NCBI RefSeq assembly: GCF_018977255.1
Contig: NW_024704742.1
Coordinates: 104,906,001-104,970,000 of the forward strand
Direction of reading: 5' to 3'
From: Callorhinchus milii
Lineage: Eukaryota
Length of the DNA: 64,000 nucleotides
Position numbers and translations under genes: made by a program. This document shows, piece by piece, positions 1 to 13,511 of the stretch. The notes under the pieces were generated by a model that ran no database searches, was not told the origin of the DNA, and saw nothing but the letters and a program-made list of their open reading frames with translations. Every line of letters begins with the position of its first letter. Position 1 is the first letter of the stretch.

Positions 1-517
1 AAGGCAGAACAGTTCAAACAAAAAAATTCCACATTGTCTAAAGCTTTACCTTGTACAGAACTGTACACCAGTCAACCTGTACATCATTCAGGTAAATGGT
101 ACTACTAACATTTACAATCAATCCTTCCAGCTTTTTATGTGCTGTAAGATGCTGACGTTTGCAATGTCACCCATTAATGGGATTTTCTCATTCTAATCGC
201 ACATCTCCAAAGTTGCAACATACAACACCGACTGGAATTTCTGCCCATATAAAAGGCACAAAAGCTAATGCATTAAAATTAAATGAATGCGAAAAAAAGT
301 CAAGACAGAACTTGAAAGATGGCCCAAACAGCCTTTTCCTGTTCCTACATATTATCCAATAAATGCAACTAAAATGTTATTCATGGAATGTATACTAAAA
401 CATGGCAAACAGTGTTATAAAACTATATTATTGCATTCAGAGAGTAATACACTAAATTTGAAGAAAATTTAAATTGGGAGAGATAATTCAATATAAAAGC
501 TATGTACTAATATTTAC

Positions 518-703
518 CTCGTGCCATAGTCCACAACGACCCACTCTTTAGAGGTTCCAGTGATTCCATCATGATGTTGGAAAAGACCAAGATTTCGCCT
601 TGCTTCTACCAGCAATTTATAATTTTCAGATGAAGGAAATATTGTCATTTTGTTAGATTTTTGGACACCAACCAATGCCAAAGAGTAAAGAATTTCTGCT
701 GCT
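518..703 (-). CDS. MAN2A1: Golgi alpha-mannosidase II exon with HHD zinc-ligand motif, 186 nt, phase 2 to 2
   Basis: gtacag|A GCA GCA...GGC ACG AG|gtaaat; encodes [10 protein letters not shown]...[29 protein letters not shown](R); gene continues beyond the window. Confidence 0.96.
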
Positions 704-904
704 CTGTACAGGTAAAACAAAACACATCACATTTGTTATTTTAATATATCTGTATATTTATGTTAAACATCTTTGAAATGTGTTTAAATGCATCTAAATG
801 GGGTGATATGCTTTTTAATATTTCTGTTAAATTACATAATGAGTTTTGAACACACAGTATTTGACTCTATCTGAATATAAGTGGTGAAGTCACCACTCAA
901 TGTA

Positions 905-1230
905 GAACTGAGTTATATAGGCCCGGAAGGTCCCAGGTTATGTTGAGTTGGACCCCGGTGTGAGGGGCGTTTGCTGATCTCAGTCAAGGCAGCAGGGTGG
1001 CAACTGCCGATTGGCATCTATTAAACCCGAATAGAAAGTGAACATGTGTTGGATCATTGAGGAAAGAATGGAGCTCAGTTCAAAAGTTGAATAGCCTGCT
1101 GGTACTACAGTCTCAGCTTATATCGGGAGGAGTTGCACTCGGACAAGTTACCAGAGAGCAACCAGCACTGATGGAAACCTACCTCCAGCTTAAGTGATCA
1201 CCTTTAAGAGAGGAAGGAGAGAAAAAAAAT
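905..1230 (+). mobile_element. Old tRNA-like SINE of a different family (name not assigned)
   Basis: Shares tatatag.cc.ggaag.tccca and tgat.tcag with 1520-1670 (+); 3' part resembles the reverse complement of ~30090-30260. Confidence 0.5.
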
Positions 1231-3917
1231 ACATAGAATTGTTTATGAAAATGTTACTTTTGAGGTTTCCAACAGCAGTTGCATTTTAATTTGCAGCATT
1301 ACTAAATTTAATGTCTTCGTAAATATTTATCTGAATCCCTGGAACCATTCTGATTGCTTTACTGAAATCACGGCCACCATTGGGAGGAATTCTATTTGAT
1401 CTCCATAACCCAATCAAAAGTGGCATGACTTTACAATGAATGACTAAGTGATTGGAATGTTATTGGAATGTTAAGTGTGGTTTCATCAAATAATAATAAT
1501 GCATGATGACATACAGTGGCATCTATATAGACCAGGAAGATCCCAACGTTGATCTCTGATCTGCAGTGATTAGGTGATTTCAGCATCCCTGGGCTAAAGG
1601 GAGCAGGGAAAAAATCAAACAACGGTCCCACTCATGATCACTATCCATTGTTCTTTGCTGGAATGTGCATGGCTCAGAATGAAAGATGCCCACGAGATGG
1701 AGCTAGGACAATATAAAATATTTCACAAGAAAAGGCACATGGAGCTAAGTAGAGAATAAGAAGCATTATTGGTAATAGAGAATATAACAGATGTTCAAAG
1801 GAATAACAGCAGAAGGCGAGATGGCTGAAGCAATCTGTGTAGAAATTATTTATTATTTATAATAAGGGAGACAAAATATTATCTGGCAACAGTTATTAAT
1901 GCCCAACTCAAGCTGTAAGAAGGTAGAGAGCTGTCAGGGTGTTTAGGCTTCTTTTGCTTATAGTTATAGTCACAGAGGACAAGGGAGATTGAACCTTGGC
2001 AGTCAAAATCACCACCATCCAAGGATCCTCTCGAGAGTTGGAATGAATGATGATGAAAACATACATAGGCACAAAATTGGAGGAGGGGGTAGGCTCCCTT
2101 TAGAGACGCCAAGATCCCAATGCTGTAGCTGATGTAATCTGTTTCCACTGTGCTACAAACAATTGTGAAGCAAAGACCCACCCGGCTCTCTAGTGGTAAT
2201 GAAAAAGACAAGTTGCTGCTCGAAGGCTGGGAGGAAAACCAAAATCTGAAATGAGCTGCAATTAGCTCCCTGTGGACCTGGTATGGACCCAAGTGGATTA
2301 TGGCACTGCATCTCTGTATTCCAACCAATGGAGGAAAGGACTGCTGATGTTCCTGTATGAACCTGTCAATAGAGCACCCTGACCCACAAGCAGCAGCTCT
2401 GCCCTCAGGTGCTAAATCACAGATAGCATTTGAAGGTTTCCAATAGCTCCTCAACCTGCTCATCAAATAGCTGGTTGACATCAAAAGGCAATTGAAGTTG
2501 CTTCTGTTAGTTTTACACTGAGTCATGCAGCCAAACCAGCCAAGAAACTAGGATTCGCCTAGCAAAAGACCTTAATATTAGTAGGAATCTGCAGCCATTT
2601 AATATATGCTTCACATCAGCGGGTTGTATACATGGTATTAGCAGGAAGGGACAGTAATTTTTCTCAGCCACAATTAAGATATGATCAAAAAGAATACAAT
2701 GGAATAAATCAAGTTAATCTTAAAGGAATTATATATCCAACTGTTCAAACTGCAATCTGGACTCTTAGGGAATGTTCACCTGTCAACAATAATAAGCGAA
2801 TATATTCTTTGTCATTCTTGATAAAATTCAATCTGTACAAATATGCGTGAAGTCAGGGTCATTCGGATACAAGTAGCCACTAAAGTGATCTACATTTGAA
2901 ATAAATAAAATTCTGCATTATGAACAAGATGTATTAAAGTATGGGTTTACCAGTCAGGCACACTTGGGCATTCTAATAACCTGAATCAATTGGCTTTGAA
3001 AGGAAATTAACTTACTAAAAATCTTTCTGCAACCATCTAAATTAATTGAGCTCCACACTAACATCCAATAATACTCTGCTCCAGGGAAATAACTGATGAA
3101 AATTGGTTTTCGTCACCCAATAAGACCTTGACTGACCTAGAGTAATCTTTCTTTAAAATCTGATTGCAGTGAAGAGGTGTACAGTGATATATCCTGGTGT
3201 TCATTTGGCCAAGGATTTTTGAGAGATTCATAGAACCTCAGTTAGGTTTCAATATAAGGTGTAAGCCAAAAGGTTTATTCAACTTTCCCACTGACATCTT
3301 TATATCTAAATCTCTTCCAAGTAATGGGAAGGGTTGCAATTCAACAAAAGTGGCTGGGGATCAGTAGAGAAGATGCAGGGATGGATAGATATACCATTGC
3401 CTTTGCTCAATTGCCTCTGGGGTTCTGGGAAATACATTCTGTGCAAAACGTTCCTCCGCGAGATTAAATGAGGTCAATGAAAGGTTAGGTTTTTGTAGCT
3501 GTGAAAGTATTAGCTTTGATGAACTGAATTCCCCTTTTTCAGTCCTTATTTTCTTTTGTATTCTTTGAACAATTCTTCATTCACCAAAAGCTGCTTGTGG
3601 TCACTGCTGTACGCAAATTGGTTGCACGTTCGGCTACAAATATATAGTCATTACACTTTGCAGAATTTCTGTAAAGCTTTTGAGACGTTCTGACAATGAG
3701 ATAAGGTGCTACATCAAATGCAAGGATTATTATTAATAATAATAGTCATCATATCATATGGCTTAAAGAGAGAAAGAAACAATATAATTAAATAGTCCTC
3801 ATTTTATTCATGTGTTGTCAATGGCAGAGAAATAAATCAGTGCTGTTTACAATAGTGCAGAAGTTATTTATTTAGAAAATATCAAAGGAAAAATTTATAA
3901 ACTTTAAATACATTTAC

Positions 3918-4114
3918 CTCAGATGAGATTCTAAAACTCTGTCTAGTCGTTTATAGAATGGTCGAGAGGTAAAATATCCACTCCAGTAATGGTCATCTCT
4001 GTCTGCATAAGTAAAGAAGTCCCCACTCACAATAGGAAAAGGTGATGGTGACATGCTTGAACCAGCAGCTTTATTGAGCGCATCAAAGTAATCTGACAAT
4101 GTTCCAAACTGAGC
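3918..4114 (-). CDS. MAN2A1: Golgi alpha-mannosidase II exon, 197 nt, phase 0 to 2
   Basis: tttctag|GCT CAG TTT...CAT CTG AG|gtaaat; encodes [15 protein letters not shown]...[40 protein letters not shown](R). Confidence 0.96.
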
Positions 4115-5889
4115 CTAGAAACAGAATAGGAACTGCTAAATATTCATTCAGTTAACAATATTGTAATGTGAAAATGCAATCTTTAAATAATTTAACAGAT
4201 GTTTTAAGCTTCTACAGATGAGTTTAGACCATTGTTTATTTAATGAGGAACCAGTTTTATTCCATTACTTAAGGCAAGTCTTGAAGCATTAATGTAAAGT
4301 ATATAGAAATGGAATGTCCCAATCACAAAGAATAGGAATTTAATATGCAGTAATTTCTAATAGAAATCTTCAATAAGGAATTAGAATAGGGGCTCCTTTT
4401 GATAACCGGAAGTTATCACTGATTCAGAGAACTTTGTTCCAGAGGTATATGGAGTTGGAGGAGAGTTCCTTTAATTTCTACTTCTAGATTTTTTTAAATG
4501 AATTCCATTAGAAATTGCCACACACTGGTTTCCATTGTTCTCATTTTATTTAGCAATAGCTATTTTGTGGTTAAAAAGAGAAATGATTGTCAATTTTAAG
4601 TGATGGCAGTTTATATATTGCTATATATACCAACATAAATGTTATAATAGATTTATCTATAACAAAGTATCTCAATCCACATCATAATAAGATGCAGTCA
4701 GTTTTGCTTTAATAAAACCTTCTACAAATTTCCAATATATGCATCAAAGTTGAATGATTATAGCTAGGATGACAAAACTGTTTGGCAAAAATTGCTAAAA
4801 TGTATCCCATGGTAAATATCCAGACCTGAAAAGTATTAAGGCTGATTTTTCTTAAATGATGTTGTATGTAAATGATGCAATAAAACTTGCACTCAGAGGA
4901 GGGTAACCAACTCATTAGGAGTCTGACTCACAGGGCTGCAGGCTCTCTATGATCCCTCCAATTACTTGAGGGCTTGCTAGGCTTTGGCAGGCATGTCTCC
5001 TCAGATTCACTTGAATTAGCAAAGTTGCAATACAATTATTTTTTATGCACTGAGCAGGCCTTCATAGTGTGTGTGGAATGATCCCATGCAGATGTTGATA
5101 GTTCATTAATTGTTTCAATTTCATATTTCTTCCCACCATCGATTTAGTCACTGAATTTGTTTAAAATCAAAATTGAAATATTTAGTTTAACATCGTTGAA
5201 TGGAAAAAATACAATTACAGATCACAGATACATCTGAATATTATATGTATCTCAAAATTTTATTTTAGCATTAACTATGCTCAAATCTTAAATAAAATTA
5301 GAGATTAGTCCCTTGGCATATGTTTAGCCTACTTAGGTAGGAGATAAGCTCAAAAATGAACTGTGTGGATGGTATTTCCACACTCTTGCAAACTAATTTA
5401 CCAATACCAATATGTTAAGTTGTCCAATATTAATATGTTGAATATTAAATTCATTTTATGCAAATATCTTACCAAATTAATTTGTTCAGTTTTTTTGATA
5501 AATAATTTTGCTAGGAATAAATAGTGGAAAAGTATATTAAATAACATTCAAATCTAATCACTTTGAAGCTAGATTTCAAAGACAAAAATGGTCATCTCTT
5601 AAAAAGTTCCACCTTCACATAATATTCAATCTTTTCATCATATTGGGATTCAGTTTGTTAAAAATAATTTACGTAGTAACCTTCATCAAAAATGCTTCCT
5701 ACTCCATTCTGTACCATACTTTTATTTTCAGAAGAAGCAACATTAAGACTACCAAGTGGTCAATGCAATAAGCACAAAAATAAAATAAAAGCAGCTCCAG
5801 CAACAACAAACAGAAGGAGCAATGAGAGGTAGATTAAGAGGGAACAATAGATATTTATATCAGGTTATGTAATGCTCTTCATCATTCAA

Positions 5890-6305
5890 CAACCTGCATT
5901 TATGTAGTGCATGGAGTGACATTTCAGAGCGCTTTCCAGAGCAGAGGGAGAAGGGGCAGGAGGGAGGGGGAAGAAGGGAGGGGGAGGGGAAAGGCGACCA
6001 TTGGGACAGTCGAAGAGCTAAGCTTTTAGGTGGCTTTTGAAAGCGCTTAGAGAATGGGAAACCTGAGGGCTTGAGGAAGGGTATATTGTCTGAAGATTTG
6101 GCCATTGATGGTAGGGCAGGGAGTGCAAGGACCGTATAGCATAGCCAAGTTTGCTGAGTGGAGGGAGAGCGCGGGAGAATGAGGCTGGAGAAAAACACAG
6201 AGATAGGGAGTTGATGGGCATGAAGGGATTTTTTTGGCGAGAGTGAAGATCTTGAAGTGGAATCACTGGAAGACAAGGGGACAGTGGAACCTGCTGAGGA
6301 CTGGG
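5890..6305 (-). mobile_element. Old L2 3' fragment
   Basis: Purine-rich plus strand with decayed 'PVPLSPCLPVIPLQDL' and agcgctctgaaatgtc...ataaatgcaggttgttg tail on the minus strand. Confidence 0.6.
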
Positions 6306-6645
6306 ATGATTGTCCTCCCCAACAATCCTCAGATAAAATTGGTCAGCGACCTCATGGTTGTTTGTGGGACACTTCTGCACACAAGTTGGCTGTTGAGTTA
6401 GTCTACAAGATATGTAATCAATTACCATTACAATAAATCTTGTGAAGTGGTTTGAGATGCCCGCCTGACTTGAAAGGTGCTATATCAAATGCAAGGATTA
6501 ATATTTATCTTTAGAACATTGAAACGATGGTAGATTAGGTAACCCAAAGCCTGCACAGTTATTGCAATGGTTCATGGCAGCCCTTTATGTTTTTAATCCA
6601 ATTTCCTTACTTTTCTCCATATCCCTTGAAACCATTATTTCCCAA

Positions 6646-6698
6646 GTGTGTGTGTATGTGTGTATATATATATATTCATACATATATTATATATATAT
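6646..6698. repeat. (TG)n(TA)n microsatellite
   Basis: gtgtgtgtgtatgtgtgtatatatatatattcatacatatattatatatatat. Confidence 0.9.
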
Positions 6699-7401
6699 GA
6701 CTCCCTTTCAAATACTTAATTAGTTCTTCATCTGGGTAGTGCTATCAACATTCTCAAAATCCACTGTATGAAGAAATATTTTCTGGATTCAAATTTAACC
6801 AACTTAATTCTAATTTTAATTCCGAATACCACAACTGTACAGAAGAACACTTGAACAGTGCGGAACCTGTCTGTGGGACTTCAACAGCCTAAGATTCAAG
6901 CCAGCATGAAGCACTACAGCGCTGATGCAGTAACCAACAACCATGACTGCTGCTGATACCTCTGGGGAAAGAGAATTAACTACTAGAAACTGGCTCTGTA
7001 TACATCTTAGTAAGGAAGGCTTCACATATTGTGGACAATGTTTGAAGGGATCATATCTTCAGGTTATTTTCTCTTATTGGGTATCCGAGGAGAGAAATTT
7101 AACTCATCTGTAATGTTATGTTTTGGGTTAAAATTGAAGATGGCACAGAACTGGGTATTCTTAAATTCAGTCTTAATCTCAAAGCTGCAGTTAAAAAAAA
7201 GAGATTCCAAATTAGGACTGAATTTTAGAATTGTATCCAATGCTGACAAAAGTAGGCTAAAGAGAATTTTGGGACTCAGAAATATCCACTTTGTAAATGG
7301 AGATTCTTAAACAAATAACTTAAAATGACAATAAACAAAAGCAAAGACTAAGATCTTACAAGACAAATGTATTGCTTAAAAATATATTGTTCAAATATTA
7401 C

Positions 7402-7579
7402 CTTCACGTGCAATTCTGGATGAGAGTTCATATAATCAAACAGCTTCTGGTAATTTAGAAATTGTTGATCCCATTCAGACGATTTGTCGTAACGAAAATC
7501 ATCTCCAAGAGGAACTAAGACCACTTTGGTGGAGAAAAGTTTAGANTTTTTTCTATATTGGTCCAAGAGGAGCTGTGCT
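7402..7579 (-). CDS. MAN2A1: Golgi alpha-mannosidase II exon with PLGDDF (acid/base Asp region), 178 nt, phase 2 to 0
   Basis: ttttgaag|A GCA CAG...GTG AAG|gtaata; encodes [59 protein letters not shown]; one N base at 7546. Confidence 0.95.
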
Positions 7580-8689
7580 CTTCAAAAAAGACAAACAAAT
7601 AGAACATTGTTTCTAGTGAAGCATAAGATTAATCGATACAATAATACAATTATTACAAATAAATATGAGTTTTACTACAGTTATGTACCATTCTTTCAAT
7701 ATAACTTATTATAACTCTTAAAGTCTGGCAAATCCAGTGACCCCGATTTCTGCTAGTGCTTCAAGTTCATCTTTTATGTATATTCTACATTTTTCTTTTA
7801 TCTATTCTCCTTGCAGATTGTTCCCTATATGTACAAAAACATATAACAGATTTGAAACTTCCTCAAAGAAATCCAGTAAATTTGTTGAGCACTTCTAAGG
7901 TTGACTCTGTTTAACCTATACACTTCAAGATAACCCCTTGCACTCCTGCTCACCATTGTTTCAAATGTTTTTTTCCCACAACAGATACGAGGCTCACAGG
8001 TCTGTAGTTTGACTGACTAATACCCAGCCACTTTTTTTTAATGGTGGGAGTCATATTTGCTATTTTCCAATGCTCTTGCTCGGATTTGCACTAAGCCGGG
8101 TAAAACTCTCAAAAATTATCAATGAAAGGATTCACAATCACATAAACCTATTCATTCCTTAGAACCTTTGAAGGACATTGTCAGAACCAGGAGTCTGACC
8201 TATCTTGAGTTTCTACAACCTCTCCAATATATGCTTCTGTGTTTCATCTCCAAATTATATCCCAACCTCCAACAATTCAATTTTATTTTGTCTGGTTTCA
8301 GCTATTTCCTCTATTCTCCTGAGGTATTCTCTCTCCTTAATCTTTAAAAACATAGAAAAGGAATTCCTTTTGGATCCAAATATGTGCTTTTTGTGAACTG
8401 GGTATAATCTAATATAATCTGATATAAACCAGTGATTATTAAAAATAAGAATGAAACAGCAGTCTTGCATCAAAACGCACCCAGTGTGTCCTGAGTTTGT
8501 ACAACTTGCTACTAGTTGATCCAGAGCACCAGGATTAATCCTTTTATGACACACATCAATGAGTTTCAACATTTCTTAAATGGGCAAATTCAATTGTGAG
8601 TTTGTTTATTAGGAGTCACAGCAAGGGCAAAGGAAGGTTTGCTACAGTCAATATAATATCATCAATATAAACCCTTATACATGCAGCTC

Positions 8690-9785
8690 AGTCCCTACCC
8701 ACGGTTTCTCCTCCAGCCCCTGCACTGTCACATCTGGCGTCCCTCAGGGCTCTGTCCTTGGCCCTCTCCTCTTTAATATCTACTTCTCCCCCTTGGTGAC
8801 ATCATCCACAGACATGGGGTCAACTTCCACATGTATACGGATGACACCCAACACTATCTTTCTGCCTCCACTCTCGAATCCAGGACCACTGCTGTCCTGA
8901 CAGACTCCCTGTCAGACATCAAGTCCTGGATGAGTGGAAATTTCCTACAGTTGAATATGAACAAGACTGAGGCCCTCCTGATTGGCTCGCGCCAGCGCCT
9001 CAGCACCTCAGGCTCTGGCAACATCAACCTCCATGTTTGCACATTACAACTCGCCAGCCAGTCAGGAGCCTGGGTGTCTTGTTATACCCTCAACTGCCTT
9101 TTCTTCCCCACATTCAAACCATGATCCGCTCTGCCTTCCCTCACCTCCGTAACATCGCCCGACTCCGCCACTACCTCACCCCTCAGGCCGCTGAAACTCT
9201 TGTTCATGCCTTCATCACCTCCAAGCAACTCCCTGCTTGTCGGCCTTCCCAACTCCTCCCTCCACAGGCTGCAGATAATCCAGAACTCTGTAGCCCGTGT
9301 CCTCTCCCGCACCAAACTCCGTGACCCCATCTCCCCCACTCTCGTCCGACTCTATTGACTCCCTATCCTTCAGAGAATCCAGTTCAAGATCCTGGTCCTC
9401 ACCTACAAAGCCCTCCATGGTCTTGCCCCACCCTCCCTCTGTAACCTCCTAAGCCCCTACCAACCCGCCCATTCCCTCCGCTCAGCCGGCTCTGGCCTGC
9501 TCAACATCCCCCCGACCCACCATCATTGGCGGGAGAGCCTTCAGCCACTCTGCTCCCAACCTCTGGAATTCCATCCCCCAATCACTCCACCTCGCCCCCT
9601 CCTTAGCCTCCTTCAAGTCCTGCCTCCAGACCCTCCTCTTCGACCATGCCATCAGCCACCCCCCTTGCGCTCTTCTCCTCCCCGACCCCAGCTCGGGTCT
9701 GAAATGCTGTACACTGTCCAGTGCCTTGGGATGTCCTCCCGACGTGAAAGGCGCTCAACAAATGTAATCTTGCTGTTGTTGTTGT
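8690..9785 (+). mobile_element. 5'-truncated L2 LINE (family A tail)
   Basis: [33 protein letters not shown]; ends in the gggatgtcctcccgacgtgaaaggcgct hairpin and (ttg)n. Confidence 0.9.
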
Positions 9786-9804
9786 ACCATGCATACAATA
9801 GCCG

Positions 9805-11052
9805 GGAATTTCCGCCCTGCCCAAAGTACAGAGACTGCGCTTGTGAAAGTCACAAACAACATCCTCTCTATCTGTGACCAGGGCTCCCTCTGCTTCCTTG
9901 TCCTCCTGGACCTCTCTGCTGCGTCTGACACAGTCGATCACACCATCCTCCTCCACCGCCTTTCCTCCGTCATCCACCTCATTGGGACCGCACTCGCCTG
10001 GTTCGAGTCCTACCTCACAAACCACCAGCAATACATCTACACAAACGGCTTCTCCTCCCGCTTTCACCCACTTACCTGCGGGGTACCCCAAGGATCCATC
10101 CTTGGCCCCCTCCTCTTTCTGATCTACGTGCTCCCTCTTGGAGATGTTATCCGCAGACATGGGGTACACTTCCACATATATGCAGATGATACCCAACTCT
10201 ATTTTTCCACCTCTCTTCGTGACCCCCAGATGTTCTGTCAGCCTGCCTGTCAGATCTCAGGGGCTGGATGAGCACAAACTTCCTTCAGCTGAACATTGAC
10301 AAGACGGAAGCCATACACTTTGGCTCCCGTCAACGTCTAAAATCTCACGGCTCTCACCTCCTCCACCTATCCGACCTCCCCATAAAACTCTCTGAACCCG
10401 TACGCAACTTAGGCGTCAGGTTCAACCCCCAATTATCCTTCCTGCCCCACATCCGGTCCCTCACCAGCACCGCTTTCTTCCACCTCCGACGCATCGCCCG
10501 TCTCCGCCAATACCTCTCCCCAAAAGCCACTGAAACCCTGGTCCATGCCTTTGTCACCTCTCGGCTGGATTACTCTAATGCCCTCCTCGCCGGTCTCCCA
10601 TCCACTGCCATCCATAAAATCCAAATCATTCAAAACTCTGCCGCCCGCATTCTCACCTGCACCAAACTCCGCTTCCCGATCACCCCAGTCCTTGTCAGAC
10701 TGCACTGGATGTCTGCACCCCCCCTACCTCTCTGACCTCCTCTCTCCTCAAAACAGTACCCGTTGGCTTCGTTCCTCCAGGTCTGGCCTCCTCCTCGTCC
10801 CCCAAGTCCTCTGTTCCACCCTCGGCGGCTATGCCTTCAGCCACTATGCCCCAAGGCTCTGGAACTGACTTCCTCACTCCCTTCGCCTCGCTCCCTCCCT
10901 TCCCATTTTCAGGTCTCTGCTGAAGACCTTTCTTTTCGACCGCGCCTTTTGTCACCTTCCTCCCCCTGGCTCGGTCCCGGGATCCGTTACTGTAAAGCGC
11001 TCTGAGACGCCGTCCGGCGTGAAGGGCGCTATATAAATCCAAGTTGTTGTTG
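9805..11052 (+). mobile_element. 5'-truncated L2 LINE (family B tail), directly behind the previous L2
   Basis: ORFs 9789-10271 and 10268-10735: [44 protein letters not shown]; tail agcgctctgagacgccgtccggcgtgaagggcgctatataaatccaag(ttg)n. Confidence 0.92.
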
Positions 11053-13324
11053 TATTTGCCTAATCTTCCCTCTCACTGTAAAATGTATAAATACTGTCAG
11101 AAAATTTACAAAATTACTTCCACAAGCTTAAACAAATTGTAAAGCTGTAAAAGGTTATAGGAATAGAACCAAGAATTGGGATTAGAATACTTGCCAGTAC
11201 CAAGATATCTTTACTATAATGTTTGATCAATTGGATGTTGTACTGTAGGTAGAGTGGGACCTCTGTCTTGTACAAGTTTAGGATCACTTGATGTGATTTG
11301 AATGTTATTCATTTACTTGTGACCATCAATTGATCTTAAAAACTTTATATTGGTGTTCAAATCCCCCCATAACCTCACCCACCCTATTTATGGAATGTCC
11401 ATACCGTCCAATCTATTGACTTTGGTCTATTGCTCATTCTCCACTTCCTTCACTCCCACACCAGACTAGAGCTTTCAAGCCACAAGCCCCTTATATTTGT
11501 TTGTTAGAATTGTCTTCCCAAATCACTTTCTTTATTTTCTCTCTCTCTCCCTGCCATCAAAAATCTCCTAAAAACATATCTCTTCGACCGTGCCTTTGGT
11601 CAACACCTTTAAATTTAATTTCCATGCTTGGTTTCCGCCACAAAATTTGTCAAGCACTTTGAGATATCCTTAAACCTATTCTACCCTAGTCGTTTTCTGG
11701 AAGCACTGACTGAATCTCAGCTTTCAGTATTTGCTCTTTTGGCAATTTGTTAGTTGTTCTCGTATAAAAGAAACCTTTGCATGGTGAATTGATAGATTTG
11801 GGACAACTTAAGTCCTTATTATGGGCTATTCTCGAGAGTGGCACATAGGAATTGTGGTCTTCCATGCAGATATGCATGCACATCTGACTGTGGATGAATC
11901 ATACATTTGCTCATGGATAATCTCAGAAAGTGGCTCTTTCTTTCTTTGCTGTTTCTTAAATGAAAACCATTAGCTTCAGTCTCATGAGGCTGCCTACTCT
12001 GCAACATCTGGGAATCACTTAAGTTACTAGATGAAGCTAAGGTTTAAATGATTTAATGGGTCTCTTAGGCTGAAACAAACTGTTCTCTTAGGATTTATGA
12101 TGAATTCTGTGTCCTTGAACGAAAACAATGCAACATTTCTTTGCAGCTGTGTGGTAACAGAAGGAAATATGATGTGGAGAGATTCATTATTTCACTATTT
12201 TACAGAATCAACCTTTAGTTGGTTGTAATGGTAAAACTATAGAACATTTTATTGAAGCCTCCAATGTTGTCCCTGGTTTAAAGCCTCAAAGACAGTTCTT
12301 ACTTTTAGCTATCTTCATCCTTCATCATTATTGGCTCTACAAGCTATGTGTCCTCGTAGAAAAATTCATACTAACTAAATCATCTTCCTGCTTCTGAGAG
12401 TGGCCTGATTGGAATAATGTCGTTGTGTTATATTTCTTGTTTTCCAGTGAAGAGACATTACACTTGATAGTTGCACATCTGACGTTTGTTACTAAATGTT
12501 CAGAGCTGATTATTCACTTTAGCATAAATGATGATTAAAGCATGTGTTACCCAGAAAAATAGGAGCCTCTGAAAGTTCTGTAGCTGCCCACTATTAGATT
12601 TTATAACTGACATTTAACCTTACTTTGAACTCAAATAATCTTTCTGCCTTTAGATCTTTTTGAAACAGCAGAATTTCTCAAAGGGCCATTCGACAATTAA
12701 AAAGCTAACATTTATTTGCATAAAAAACTTTTGGAAAGAGTTTTAATAACATTTATTGTCACTGCATATTAATAAAGGGCAAAACAATTCCAAAAATCTA
12801 AAAACTGGATCAACAACAATAAGAACACCTTGCATTTATATAGTGTCCTTCACACAGGTAGTGTCTTGGGAGTGCTTAAAATCAACATCAAACATCAAAA
12901 GTCAAAGATCAAAGTAAACTTTGTAAAATGCTCCTATACCAAAGTAGCAACAATGAAGGGAAAACTTCACCAACCATCTGGCAAAATCTCTTGTTTTTAA
13001 ACGTTTACCTGACAACAATTGCACACAAATTGGCATTTTCATGGAACGATTTTGTCCTATCCATGTATCCTAGCTATACATAGTGTTTATATTAGCAGTT
13101 GTTTAAGGATGCAAGAATGAGAACAATGCAGAAATCAATGTGGTGACGGAGCTTTGGGAATCCTAGAAGCACAAACTATTCTCCCGAGGATATGGCATGC
13201 AAGCTGCTCCTAGCTTTCAATCAATGCCACTCTCTAATAAAGCTTGCAAAATGTTATTTCTAGTAATTGTCAGCATACTGTGCATAGAAAATAATTTAAC
13301 AATTAAAGATTTTAGACGGGTTAC

Positions 13325-13511
13325 CTTTCCTGAATATTATCATCATGTATTGCAACTGGAGGAATTCGCCAAGGACAGTGAATTCTGCCCCCAGGAAGAC
13401 GTTTAAAGTCAAACTGACAGCAGATCTTAGGATCAGGACCACAAGTGTGGGGAACATCATAGCTGTAGAAGGGCATCATATGACACAAGATGTCTGTACT
13501 TCCATTCTGAT
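13325..13511 (-). CDS. MAN2A1: Golgi alpha-mannosidase II exon, 187 nt, phase 1 to 2
   Basis: tttcag|AT CAG AAT...CAG GAA AG|gtaacc; encodes (D)[61 protein letters not shown](R). Confidence 0.96.

Noticed and set aside
1879..2526. 215-aa ORF as a nested gene
   Set aside because: No recognisable domain or splice support, and it does not fit the MAN2A1 reading frame.
4347..4522. Imperfect inverted repeat (aatttctaat.gaa.t ends)
   Set aside because: Short AT-rich match with no second copy seen; could be an old MITE but cannot be supported.
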